A stretch of 63,249 nucleotides of DNA, counting the filler, from Sphacelaria rigidula (lineage: Eukaryota), in the NCBI GenBank assembly GCA_964200075.2. It is 3 parts of 3 records of this genome, joined end to end, with 100 filler letters (N's around TTAATTAATTAA, not from the genome) between each part and the next. Parts side by side here need not be neighbours in the genome. Positions count along the whole stretch, not along the records: positions 21,123 to 42,137 come from CAXNAA020000473.1; 2 more parts are not named here. One strand, 5' to 3'. The notes beneath the pieces were generated by a model. It saw nothing but the letters and a program-made list of their open reading frames with translations, searched no databases and had not been told where the DNA came from. The stretch's first letter is position 1. Each line of letters begins with the position of its first letter. Position numbers and translations under genes: made by a program. Below are positions 26,044 through 38,702 of this stretch, one piece after another.

Positions 26044-26172
26044 GCCCCCGGGCCCGGCAACTACCGCTTGCCTCCCGGCATCTGCGGGAGGGGAGCGGCA
26101 TCCCCATACCGCTCGGCACCGGCTGCAACGCTAAGTGGCCGAGAAAAGTTCGGCTCGCCGTTTGGGTGGTGA
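26044..26172 (+). CDS. SHIPPO/ODF3-like protein, last exon
   Basis: APGPGNYRLPPGICGRGAASPYRSAPAATLSGREKFGSPFGW*. Confidence 0.9.
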   Translation, partial: APGPGNYRLPPGICGRGAASPYRSAPAATLSGREKFGSPFGW

Positions 26173-26559
26173 CGTTGACCCACTATTTGGAGGTGTTTGT
26201 GCGTGGGAGCGATAATTTTCGTATCTTGAAAAAATGTACCTTGTTGTCAATTTCGTTTGTGTGGTTTATCGATGCGGTACGTTGGTTTGATTATCCGCAC
26301 TCCGATGACGTCTGGGAGTGTGCCAGGACCGACTTATTTCTCCATGCTTGGGACGAAAATGAGTTTTGATCAGCCGGCCGAACACCTCCGGAGTAGCGGA
26401 CCGAGGGCGAGTTTGACGACTCGCTCTCTCTTGCGCTGATGTTGGCTTGCTTGGGTTGAGTTATGTGCTCAGCTAGCTAGCTTAAAAGTAGCTGTGTACG
26501 CTCTAAAGATTCGTCCCTCTCCCCTCCCCCTCCCCCTTCCCCTCCCCCCCGCCTCTCCC

Positions 26560-26615
26560 AGTGGTCAATGGTCAAATGACTGAGGCAAGCAACAAATGAG
26601 TACGCCCCCCCCCGC
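26560..26615 (+). mobile_element. LINE family B 3' end
   Basis: GTGGTCAATGGTCAAATGACTGAGGCAAGCAACAAATGAGTACGCCCCC; nearly the same as 41919-41970. Confidence 0.7.
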
Positions 26616-27425
26616 CTCTCCCGGCAATGCTTCAGCTCTGTGGACAACGACATCTTTGTCGACAACAACATTGTGACTATAAACGGTTCCGTTTGAAGTC
26701 ATCTTGATCCCACAAAGATACCAAAAGTGTTATATTATGGGTGGGTGAACGATGTGGCGGGAGGTGGTCAATATGCGACTTGTAGGAGGGTCGTGCAACG
26801 CCCTCTCTCTCTCTCTCTCTCTCTCTCTTTTCAAATTTGAAAATAACGCGTGGTGATTCATGAATGCAACGCGTGTTTTGCCGCAGGTCACGCTACGCAA
26901 GGCATACTGCCTACACGTTGTTGGCCCGTTGCATTTCATACACGCATGCGAAGACTCTGCTGACTGAAAAAGTACGAACAACGGCGAAAATGACTCGAAG
27001 GAGAGCCATAGACAAAGTCTACCGAGTGCTCTCGGACCTCGTGGATGTTTTAAGTTTTCCGGTCAGTCAGAACTTCAGTTTAACGATCTGTCGGCATCGC
27101 ACATATAGATGAGCTCGACAAAGCAGCAGACGTGTCCCATCTGGTGGGGGAACGGCACACAAACTGCGCCAGTCCTCACTCCACGGGTACTTACTCAGCA
27201 CATATTCTAAAGGTTTGCTTCTCTATAACGATCAGCGACCTCCCGTCATCCATGGAATGCGCGGAATGTGCGGTCGCGCTCAAAGTGAAGAAAAACACCA
27301 CAATCAATCGCGTCGCTGTGGGTTGCCGCAGACGTACACACATACACGATGGCCACCAATACCAACAAAACCATTATCAATACACGCGGCACATGGACGG
27401 AATATATGCATCTTCGCAGAAGACG

Positions 27426-28272
27426 TCAGATCAACACTATCCCGGGGGGATTGACAGCACTTCCTCTACGGCGAGACCTTCTTGTCCTCGCTGTCTTCCC
27501 TGCCTTACCGCTTTTGCTATCAGTACTTGCCGCTCCACCAGCTTTGGCACCACGAGAAGCACAACCATCGTCTGTACGTGAAACGTTTGGTTCCCCCTTC
27601 ACAACCGCAACCGGAGATCCGCCATCTCCGCCATCACCGCCATCACCACTGCTACACGTGCTGCTGCTGCTACTGCCGGTTAAGTTCGCCGCGGTACCCC
27701 TTTCTTCTGCCCGCCCCGATTCCGCTCGGTGGTATCTCTGTGACCACAGCTCGGTCGCGACTTCCGATCTCATACTACCTTTTCTCCGTCCAGTGCTCGT
27801 TTCCACGCAAATCCGCCCCGCTACCTCGTCGCCCAGCCCGGCGTTATGGCCACCGCCTTGTCGATGGCTCGGACAGACACGACAGACGTCAAAGTCATTA
27901 TGATCAACTTGATCCATCTGGGGCGATGTATTCGCAGCTGCTGCGCCGCAGCCGCGTCCCCGGTCACCTCTGCCGCTGGTCCTGTGGTCTCCATCGCCGA
28001 CGACACTGTGGTTGTCGGGAAGCGGTGGCTGGGGATGGTGGCTGTGGTGGCGGTGTTGATGGTGAAGGGTGCTCGGGTGTGTCGACTGATGATTGGGCTT
28101 GCTCGGGGTCTGCAAACGATCCTCGAGGTCGTACATCCGGTTCTCCAGTTCCAAGACCTGCTGTCGGAGCAGTATCCCTGTGCTGACTCGTCGCGAGTCG
28201 TTGTGGTAACGCTCGGCGTTGCTCCACGCGGCATTGTTTCTTCCAGTCCAAGAAGATGGGTTTGGGCTGGTG
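27426..28272 (-). CDS. EF-hand/WW-domain protein, last exon (coiled coil plus low complexity)
   Basis: Phase-2 acceptor; LLRQQVLELENRMYDLEDRLQ coiled coil; open to TGA at 27426. Acceptor could be 28266 instead. Confidence 0.65.
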
Positions 28273-29276
28273 CTGCCGGGTTGTAACGAGCAGCATCATG
28301 GTCAACGGGAAGACTCTCGTCATGTGGAAAAGAGTATGATCGTGTGGTGTCATTCTTTCTTGAGGCCTTTGCACGTCTGATTGGCCTTCGCGTCAGTAGA
28401 GGTCAATTTACAAAGCACATGTCTCACGGAGAAGAATGCTTGCCATATTCTACCTCTGTCTGAGCATGGCATTGAAGTTCCAACTATGTATCGAGATGGA
28501 CTACTCGTACGATGGAGAAACAGCTCCATCTTCGTGCGGCCTGCTACCCTGGGACGTTGTTAATGTGAACTCATATTTTTATCTGTAAATAGTAATATCT
28601 TCTGAAGGGCTTTTCTTTATTCGTTTGCACGCCTTATCATCAATAGGTTCGTTCCGAAAGTTCGGGCGAATGCCGCCACACAATGAGATGTTGCCACTGA
28701 AATGGTGACGCCCCATGCTAGCGCTGTCCCATGCAAAAGCCCGAAACTTGAATAACGTGTTATGTTTCGAAACCGTTTGCTAGTGGGCATCAATCGATCG
28801 CAAGCTTGAGAGTTTCTGACTCGATTTCGCGTTGTTCAGCTCGAGAACCAGCCGATCACAATTTACCGCCATACTTCCCTGGGTACGCCAGCAGCTGCTA
28901 CGTAGCCCGCTTGCCTTGTGACGGGGGTGAACAACGCCCTAGCGAACTCGAAGAAATGACAAACAAATAAGCTATCCAAACAGATGCATCGCCCATGATG
29001 TCCATTCACGCTACTGTATCCCCGGCCATCGGTATGTATTTAGCAAAAGGTCAACAACCGAGCGACTTCCGATGAACAACGTTTCACCGTAGTAACCACT
29101 CGTTACACACAATCAAATGCTTCAAATTACAATGCCCTACATTCAGCGGTTTTCTCGATTGACCCTGTTGCAGTCTTTTTACCTGGGACAGCACTGCAGT
29201 CACGTATTATAGGTATCCTGACACATCTTCGTTCGGATTGGAACTGACAACACCTGCTCTCTTCTGTCGCACCCAC

Positions 29277-29468
29277 CTGCCGACTGCATCGGTCGGAATT
29301 TCCCGTACCCGACTCCCCTCGGATCTGGACCTTGCCGAGCTAGCCCTGCGCAGCAACGTTGAGTTATCAGTAGTGGTGTGTTGGTTTTCGACGGATGACC
29401 GAGCGTGTAGCAGACGACCTTCCGAAGCAGCCTCCGCGTCGCCTAGCCTCTGGCTAAGGTATGCCAAC
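29277..29468 (-). CDS. EF-hand/WW-domain protein, exon 5
   Basis: CAG|(R)LAYLSQRLGDAEAAS...AVG|GTGGGT. Confidence 0.7.
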
Positions 29469-29906
29469 CTGTGCCGTAAATTCGCACGTTTCGCGACAGT
29501 GATGCGCGTGCCGAGGCGTTTGGTCGCTATTATTGTTAGAAAGATGAGACGATGGCGCCTTTACTGTTGACGTTGGCGTGTTTATGGAGTACGCCAAGGG
29601 ATACGGCGCCCGAACGGGGATTGAGACTTCCAAGTACCGTACGTGCATGTCGCGTGGAGTACAGCGGAGGTGAACGATAATAAATCGTGTCGTATACCAG
29701 TGTGTATTGTACAGTAGCTGGACAGCGCCTGTATAGGCAAAACTTGCACTAAACTGTGCAATTTCGTACCACCAGAGGAACCAACACAATTTAACCATCT
29801 CAAACCGCTGACATTTATCTGCGCACACAAAGCGATGCGTTGTACGGGTTTTTTTGCCTCATGTAGTCCCTTGTTCATTTATCCGGTACCCGTGAGTGAC
29901 ACTCGC

Positions 29907-31059
29907 CTATTTAAGAGCCAGGCTCGCTCTTCCACATCTGGAGGAGATATGCCGACGATATCGGCGTCACCGGATCCGGACTCCAGCTCCTGATCCCTTA
30001 TTACTCCCTCGGCTCTTCCGCGTGAGTAGTCGTTGCTAAACCCACCCAGTTGCATCACTGGTCGATGGTGCAAAGCGAATTCATCATCGACGACGTCGAC
30101 AGCCGTAGCCCGGTCCATCTCCGCGCCCGGTTCAATCGTTTGCGGAACCAGCCTTGCTGACGTATCAAAGTGTCCATCAAGTTGGGTCATGTGCCGCCTA
30201 GCGGTCGCCATGTCGTCGCGTGACGAGAGTCGGCGATCGTCGTATCGACGATCATAATCGCGTTCCCTCAGTATTTCTCTACCACCACCGTCAGCGAGCT
30301 GCTGTTGTCGGTTATGTGTTGGCGATCGTTGCAGAGCAGCCTTGGCCGATCTCGGTCTTCGAGATCGCACCGCCGGTGCTGGATGGTACCTGGTAGCGTC
30401 GACACACCATGCCTGTTCTTTGCTGGTGTGCGTCGTTGTAGTGCCAAGCATGGCTGTGGATTCTGAGCCACGACGCGGGCCGGCGCGAGCGTCCTCTGTG
30501 GCCCTGTCTTCGAGGCTCTCGCGTAACGCGGAAGCTGACGCTGGCCGTCGCCGCCTTGATTGCGATGAGCTCTTTCCGGTGTTCCGATTTTCTGCCCAAG
30601 TTTCTTGACCGTTGGTCCACGACGACGACCGTGCGTCGTGGTGAGCTCCACTCCCCTCGTTAGCCCTCCATATTCTCATTGCCTCTTCTGCCAAAGACCC
30701 GGTCGCTGCTGAGGTCTCGTGCCTGTGCTGGAGTCTTCGAGTACGCAAGCTTTCGAGAGCTTTGTCTGACGAGAAATCGACCACGTTTGGGCGGGCGCGA
30801 CGCGGGGGAAGTGTGGTCGGTAGTTGCCTTCCGGGACCAGTTGTTGCACTGTTGCCTCCCGCGCGGTAACAATTTCCCCCCGCACCTGCTGTGCTTGGCC
30901 CTGCGATGCCGTGAGAGAATCTCAAGCTTTTGGCGGTGCCGATGGTGGTAGGGGTGCCATTGCCGATTTCCGTCGTTTGCTCGTGTTCATCCCCGAATCG
31001 CTCGTGAAGGTAAAGACGGCGGAAGTGAGGATCCAGCGGATGGTCCCATCTTGATTGAC
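29907..31059 (-). CDS. EF-hand/WW-domain protein, exon 4 (C-terminal half of WW domain)
   Basis: Starts GQSRWDHPLDPHFRRLY; ends at donor AG|GCGAGT. Confidence 0.85.
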
Positions 31060-31278
31060 CTGTTTCAAATGTGAGGGTACGGTAGGCTGTCGTTGCCTCG
31101 TGAGCCACCATGCCCCATGCGGCCCTAGCGGTGACGTGGTTATCCGCATGCACGGCAAGTGAAAGAGAGGCCGCAAGGCACTCTACGACCGACAAGCTCT
31201 ACACTCCGAGCAGATGTGACATCGCGAACTCGACCGTCGAAGGCAAATAGTACAAAGACAAGGTGACATTGAGCTCAC

Positions 31279-32107
31279 CGGTTCGCTCATTGTGGTAAAA
31301 TGACCGCCCTCCGCTCGTCTTTTGAGCAACCCAGCCGTCCGGGAGCGGCGCCGCGAGCGCGTCGGATGCAATCCAAAGCAGCGATGAATCGCTGCTGATC
31401 CTAATCCCCAAGTACCGCGCCATTTCCACCATTTCCACACTCAGTCGTAGTGGGTTTCCCGGCACCGGCAACTTGTCACCCGTGTGCACAGCCCTCTGCA
31501 TATGCTGTACATGCCTGGTGCGCAACCACGCGTCGGCTTCTTCATCGGCTTCGTCCTGCCGAGTCAAGTGTGCTCTCGCTCGCTTCCACGGGATCGAACA
31601 CTCCACCATCGACACGAACCGGCCAGCAGATATATACCCGTCACCGTGAATATCGAACCTCACGATTAGACGCTGCGCGTTGGACGTGGAGAGTCGTATA
31701 CCGAGATTTTCAAGACCCACCAAGAATTCGTCGGCCGACAGCATGCCTAGTCGATATCGCGACCCTCTCGCATCCGATGGTACTACCCCGCCCAGGTGCT
31801 GTACGGAGACCTCTCCTCTGTTGCCCGTGAGATTGTTTCCTTCGTCGGAGACAATCGCCGCTCTGCCAGGGCCGGGGTATATGCTGTTTCCGCCCGATGG
31901 TGACGCCGTCTGCGCCTGCGCTATTGCCTTTCGGCGGAAGGCTTCGTCGAGGTGGAAGGACACCTGACCAAGCGCTTCGAGGCGCTCGGCGGCTTGGCAG
32001 CAGACTTCGTCCTGCAGCTCGGCGTGGTAGGGGTCGGAGACGAACACAGCGAATTCTCCGTAGCTTACGCGGTCGCCCCCGTCAAGAGCAATCATACGGA
32101 GAAACTC
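31279..32107 (-). CDS. EF-hand/WW-domain protein, exon 3
   Basis: EF-hand-like loops LDGGDRVSYGEF and DIHGDGYISAGRF; MARYLGI...LLWIASDALAAPLPDGW...FYHNERT (CEP164-type WW module). Confidence 0.9.
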
Positions 32108-32439
32108 CTGCACAAATAAGACACGCGCGCAAACGAGAGCACGCTTATGATCGCCATGTGATAGTCACGGAGAACCCGCAGAATGATAGAATAGCGGTGT
32201 GTGAAGCTAATCCAAAGCGAGGTGGGTAGAGAAGCGAGAATTTCGCTCAAAGTTTGAGGAACAGTTGGTGAAATCAGCACCACCACACGAACATGCTTCA
32301 GTTTAGTGGGATGAAATCAGACAAGTATCGTTGTGGCGCGTTCACTCCCCTGAGATTGATTCGTCCCCTTGTCTAAGGCAGTTCATAGATCTGAATGCAA
32401 AACAGTCGACCCGAATACACCCGCTCCCTCTCGGTTCAC

Positions 32440-33391
32440 CTTCGCTTCGGAAGGTGAAACGTCGAACCGGAGATCGGTGAGTGCGTCTTGTATTTCTCCA
32501 GCGTTCACATACCCGCACCCGCGGCGGTCAAAGTGCCCGAAAATCTGTCTGACGGATCGACCGGTGGATGCCTGTCTGCCCAGTATCATCTGCCGAAGGC
32601 GAGCGCCCATCTTTCCAAGCTTTGCAGCGCTGTCGCCCCCGCCTGGTGCAACAGTCTCACCGCCGGCGACAATACTATGCGACTCGTTGCCTGTTGCGTT
32701 ACTGCACACCGGCACAAGGGTCTCCGGAGGCTGTTCCGATTCCCGCCTCTCACGGTCCTGAATCGCCTCCGTGCTCTCGCCCACCTCTTCTGCAATTTTG
32801 CCTCTTCTCGACCCGTCGGCTTCCTTACGAGGTCGACTTCCGCTACGAGGTCGTCCGCGATCGTTTTTCCGCTGGCAATCATCTTCGGAACCTTCCAGTT
32901 TCTGCCAGCTTTTTCCCTGCCTCAGGACGTCAAATTCGTCTGAAACTGTATCTGAATATTTTCGTTCCACCTGAAAATCCTTTGAGGCCGGGGGGCCTCC
33001 ATTGCCGAACATTGTACCAGTAGTTGGTGCTGCAGTGGAAGAGGCAAGCGCCCCTCCACTTTCGGACGCCATACCGACGACAGGGCAATCGTCCTCCTCG
33101 CGACCCTTTTCAATACCACCATGGACGCGTTGCCTCACAATGGTGTTCTCGTGCCAACCGCGGCCATCGTTGCCTTGAACTCTCGTGCGATATCGTTCAT
33201 CCGTCCTGTCCTCCATCGTGTCGTCCTCCTCGGCATCGGTGTATCCTGCACTATCGCCCTCTTTGTAGAGGTACACGCTCCCGTCATCGGCGAAACGATT
33301 ATCTGTCTCTTCGACGGGGGGCGACGTGCGTCGGAATGAGCCCCCAGGCCGGAGAAGATATGCTGCAGCCACGCGCTCCAGTTCGTCTTCA
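32440..33391 (-). CDS. EF-hand/WW-domain protein, exon 2
   Basis: IFGHFDRRGCGYVNAGEIQDAL EF-hand; canonical AG/GT sites in phase. Confidence 0.85.
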
Positions 33392-33730
33392 CTGTGTTGA
33401 CAGTGTACCGTATAGACGAGAATCGCGATGCTCAGATGGTGCAACTGACAATGCAATGTGGGGTGCGTGTTGCTTGATGTGCTCTTGTGCCTCTAGGGTA
33501 AGATCGAATGGGACCTACCATGGACCACGAAGGCACCGTTCCCTTCGGAATCGTGCCACATCCCAGTTTCAGTCGACAAACTGAATACAACAGTGGAGGA
33601 GGAACAAGCGAGACACGTACTCTGTTGTCGTACACTTGCAATTGAGCCAGTGGAGCAATCAAAGGTTGAGCAACCGAGACGTCCCTTTGCCCTGCCCTGT
33701 ACACAACACGAGGATGCTCAAAATTCTTAC

Positions 33731-35571
33731 TTGAAAGGCCCTTCTTCTTCATCGGCGTACTCCACAATTCCGAACGGACTGAGATCTGACACGTCCGAAT
33801 CGCCCGACTCTTCACTCAAGCCCTCGGCTTCTTCGTCGTTCCTTCTTCCTTCGAACCTCCGCTTCCCACAGCTCTGTCCGCGCCTTGTCCTTGTCCGGCC
33901 GGGTTGCCACCCTGTTCTACAGGTCAGTGCCGGCTTGGCCGACATCGGTCGCCTTTGCCTTAGGCTACACCTTGCCCCCCCCCCGGAGTACAGCCCCATC
34001 GGAGGGTTGCTACCTCCGCTGCCTCTCTGGCCCCCCTTGTCCACGTATCCCGATCGGCCACTGCCTCTAGCTTCTGCACGGTCCCAGTCAAACCCATCTT
34101 CGGATTCGAGCGAAAACGATGAGCATTTCGGGCGGGCCCGTCCTCGAGACGCCGACGCAGGCCGCCGACCAATCGCACTGCTTCGCATTCTTGCCGCATC
34201 CACACCCTTTGCGATGAAATCATTTTGCGAACCACGTGAATGAACGTCATGCCGCCTACAGCAATTGTTACCGTCTCGGGCGCTACCATCGGCCCCGAAG
34301 GAAAGGCGAGCCTCGCGGTCCTGTTTGGCCCGGCGAAAGAGTCGGGCGGAACGTCGCAGTAAATCCGCGTCGGCTCTTCTTTGTCTTTTGTCGTGCCTCC
34401 GCGCCAAAAGTCTCGTCATCTGCCCGATGCCTACGTCCAACAGCTGTCTTTCTTCCAGCTCAAGCAGCGTCATACCCCCCAGCGGGTGACCCCTAACTTG
34501 ACTAAGCCGTTGGCTGCGAGGTACACGATCTAGCTTTCTCCTTTCGCGGATCAGACTTGATCTGGTGCGACGGCGAATCGGGCGAGGTGGTTGCTGCACC
34601 GGCTGCAGCTCACAGAGCGATATTTCGCTATTCGAATCGCGAAGATAGGCATCGTTGCTATTGATTTTGAGTTGTCGTGCCCGGGCTTCATGGCGTTGAT
34701 TTTGCCGCCGAGAAGGCACTGTCTCTCCGCACAGATCATCCGACCCGCACTTTTGACCTGGGTGATCGGGGTGCTGGTGATGGAAGTGGTTAATGTCTGC
34801 TGCTCGTCTGCCTTGATCCCAGTCAGGGACGAAGTCGGAAAAGTCCTCGAGTTCTTCGTGGTTTATCCACGCTTCTTCGCGCAAGAACTCAGCCCCATCG
34901 TCCCTGTCGTACTCGGGGTGTCCGGACCGGCAAGACGCAGCGGGTGGCGGAATTTGTCGACCACCATTGCTCTTCGTTTCCTCGCGCATTTTGTCTGACA
35001 CACCTGGGGATACAGCGCCACGTCCTCCGCTTGATCTGCTCATGTCTTCTTGAGCACCCGGATCTGTACAGCAGTCAGAGGAATTATCGCTAACAATCGT
35101 GCCCTGGGGCAGTAAATCCACCGAATTAGTAACAGTACCATCGTCTGCTTCGTGAACGCGCACTACTGCTTCGCCGTCGTCACGGATACGCCGTTCGTTT
35201 GGAGTAAGCGAAGTTTCCGCTGCTGCTGCTGCTGCTGTTCTATTGACAACAGCAGGATGGCGGCCGTCACCTTGACCGTTCTCCTGCCGCGGGTATCTCC
35301 CTTCTTGATCAGAAGGTGTGTCGGCCCAAATAAACTCGCCCATGAGCGGCTGATTGTCGTCCTCCTCGCGTTGACCTGCCGTTGACACACCACTGTGGAA
35401 CGAAAAATCACCGTCCTCAGATCCAGTGCGGGTGATGGTGTTGCTGGCCGACGTAGGGCCAATAGGCGAGACAGAGAACGCCAGAGAATCTGTGGGCTGC
35501 AGCCAACACGCACCGTCTTCCGGTTGCTCTTGTTGTTCTTGTTCTAGCGCGGTTGACCGTTTCTCCTCCAT
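33731..35571 (-). CDS. EF-hand/WW-domain protein, exon 1 (disordered N-terminus)
   Basis: 614-codon ORF from ATG at 35571 ending at donor AA|GTAAGA. A probable 5' UTR exon ends near 35920 (GTAAGT). Confidence 0.8.
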
Positions 35572-37034
35572 TTCTGGCGAGGCGGCTGACCCAAATTGAG
35601 GCTGTTTATGTACATGAGCGCATAGTTTCTGGTCCAGGAACCTTGGCAGCCTTCAATACACTCCAGATAGAATCTTCCGAAAGCTGAGAAAAAAAAACAG
35701 ATTTTTCGGTTACAGGCAACATAGCTGGGTTCCGCCGCATTTGTGCTTTTCAGCTTCGTGTGCATACAAGACATGACACAACAGTACAGCCCACAGTCTC
35801 GTGCGCGTCAACTCAACTTCCTACGACTGCAAAGTACGTGGGCTCTCTCTTTTATACGCCCAGGTCAAGTGCTATCAGTGGTACCAAGAATTGCGCTGCT
35901 GGTGTAGGCGAACACTTACTTGCATCCCTTCACAATGACCAGCTTTTGCTGGTCTTCCTGCCGTCACGGCTTCTCCACGGCAGCACGGCGGGCCATTTTA
36001 GGATGCAGCGCCAACAGCTGCTGCAGCAGCAGAACCAGTAGCAGTTGTTCGAGGAGGTTGCTGAGCACTAGTGCAGCGACTCAGACCGATGGAAGCAGCA
36101 GTAGTAGGCTAGAGTTGCTGCGCCATCGGCTAAAGTCGGAGAACGATGGAATCGGTTTGTTCTCTGGAGACGTGGCGTATGGGACAGCGGTGCCCAAGAG
36201 GAATCGAGACAAAGATGGGAAAGTGAGCGTCTTGCTGTCTTGTGTGAAACAGGCCTGTGCTAAAGCAGTACAGTACAAGTCGATTGAACCATACAAGCGG
36301 TGGGCTGTGCTGGACTGACTGTCATTACCTCTGTGCTTCACCCGACTGTGCTGTCTGACTGCGTCATACCGACAGCACCGTTGTCTACCCGAGCACACAA
36401 CAATACGGTAGAAGTGATGGAAACTCCTGTACAACGCTGTCGCAATTATTGAACAAGTCAAACACTGTTTGTACTGATTTCCTAATAGGCGTACTTTCTT
36501 CAGGAATGCATGCCTTTTTGCGGTGTTTGCACCCCGCAGGATAGACGCGAGTATGGTTGATTGAGTGAATCATGGTTGGGCCATACTGACTCCCCAGACA
36601 TTACTGACTGGGCTAGACTTCTGAATCTCGCACTATCTCCATACACTGAGTGCCCACCGTGTCTGTTCACATCTTGTGTTATGTGCGGGATTAGTGAGGT
36701 AAATTACAGACCTTGCAAGAGCCCCCCCCCCCCGACCCCCCCCCGATATCCTCCGTTTTCTTGCAATCGTTAGTTCGTAGCCTGACTACGAGTATGTGAT
36801 CAACAGACTGCCCTGTGGGCGCTGTTGCCTGTGAATTGTTGCCTGTATTCGTTGAGTGATGTGCCTTGCTCTAGCGGTACACAACACAGCCAGGACAGCC
36901 ACTATCCGAGACGTATGTAACAACGATTCAGCCGGCTCGTTTCTGCTAAACCTCGAAAGGAACCCAAGTCCGCAGGAGCAAATGAATCTGTCATCTTCGC
37001 TTCTGGTTGTGTGTGTGTGTGTGTGTGTATTGTC

Positions 37035-37390
37035 GTCCCATCTACTCTGGACGCCGTCCTTCACCTTTCGGTATATGTGGGCGCACAAGTCGCGGTCACA
37101 CAGGAGGAAAGCCAACACAGGATTTCATTTTATTTTTTAGTTCCCCACCTTCCTTCTGCGGTGCCTGCCTGTTTTTATCGCGAGAGAGTTCCGCAGTTCC
37201 TTATCGCGAAAGGGTTCAGCAGTCCCTTTCCCTCGTCGACCACTGAGTCGATTTTGTGTATCCACGACCTAGTCGCTCTCCACTTTTGGGCAGTGTGTAA
37301 GAAAAACATCCCAGATCACTCCGAGAGTCGAACCCACGACTCAGCCGTCAAAAGGTTGCGAGGTTATCAACTGAGCTGCCCGGCCGATCG
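37035..37390 (-). mobile_element. tRNA-derived SINE family 1, full length
   Basis: Family body plus degenerate A/B boxes; adjacent (GT)n at 37007-37028. Confidence 0.85.
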
Positions 37391-38059
37391 CCCCGGTGGC
37401 TCAGTTGGTAACCTCAAATCTGGTTGCTTGGCTTTATTTCCTCGGGCTCTTGGCTCTTACAGCAAGTGTACACATTACAGTGAGCCCCACATGTAACATC
37501 ATTCTTGAGCCTTTGACCGTCAGCCTCGTCTTGGAACAGCTTCGCCGACTGATAGTCTTGGGCTGTTCAGGGGTCTACAGTGGGGTGCAGTAGTTCTTGA
37601 ATAGACGGGCGTGCTAGTCCCGAGGTCAACGGAGAATCTTCCGAAGTCAGCCACGCGTGTTTCCAGGAAATTTCCAGGACGTGAAATTTCGCTCGCGGCC
37701 AAGAGGGATCGTGCGACCAATCAAAAGCAGCAAAACGAGGAGCTACTCGTATGTTCCGTAACAAATTGTCTGTTGTAGCATTGCCCATGTACAGGCGGCA
37801 AAGGTCTGTTTTATCTTCTGGGGGGGGGGGGGGGTACAAAGATCAAAAGGACATCAGGTACTTGTTTTGGGCCGTCTTTGCCACACTTGCCCGCTTCAGT
37901 ATCACGAGAGCTGCGCCGAGCACACCATGACGATGGGCGCAAACGGTGAATACCCCACTACAACGAATACCCAAGGTTCCCAAGACTGCTTACGTTGAAA
38001 CGCCGTCAATTCTTCGCTGCGTATCGCGCAGCTAGCAGCACAGTACCGCACCCAGCGCT

Positions 38060-38702
38060 ACGTTTTATTTCATGACACAAAAACCTTTTACATGTCTTAT
38101 CCCCGTCCTGTTTCGCCGTCTGTGGCCACCATCTATCCCCTAGTACAGCCATCGTTTTTTCGCTACTGTCTAATGCATAGAACGATCTCATGCTATTTTC
38201 GTCCACGTCCCGCATTTCCCCCTCTAGTACATCCCGTTCATCCTTGTATAGTTCACATACTGCAACTATGTAAGTTCCGCTCTCTGCTGCTTTGCCACAG
38301 GGGCAATTCTGTGCATCTACTTCCTCCTCTCGACAACTGTTATGTCTACTTCTTTTTTCTGGTAGGTCCAGGTCCCCCACCTAAAATCGCAGTTTCAAAA
38401 CTTTCACCGCGTTCCATTTGGCCATGCAGCTATTTTTTCATTCTCATCCCCTCTCTCTACGGCTTGTATATCTTCAGGTGTTCTTCCTCGTCTAGTTAGC
38501 GTCTGAGTGCTTCTTTCCCCATGTCTATCATGTCTCTCACTTTTGCCTTGTACCCCGCGCCTTCACCTATGGACAGTATTTCGTCTTGGTTTCCTCCTAT
38601 CTCCTTCCATACTTGCTTGACTTCTCTACCCCACCTTTTGCCAGCCCGCCCTTTCGTACTTTTATTCTATCCAGCCCTGTCAAGTATGGCTGGCAATCTC
38701 TG
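38060..38702 (-). mobile_element. LINE ORF2 C-terminal fragment (decayed)
   Basis: RLPAILDRAG...GDLDL...CPCGKAAESGTYIVAVCE (degenerate zinc knuckle of the type following LINE RT)...LGDRWWPQ; internal stops. Confidence 0.7.

Noticed and set aside
27349..35000. Numerous + strand ORFs of 100-234 aa
   Set aside because: Antisense shadows of GC-rich exons of the minus-strand gene.
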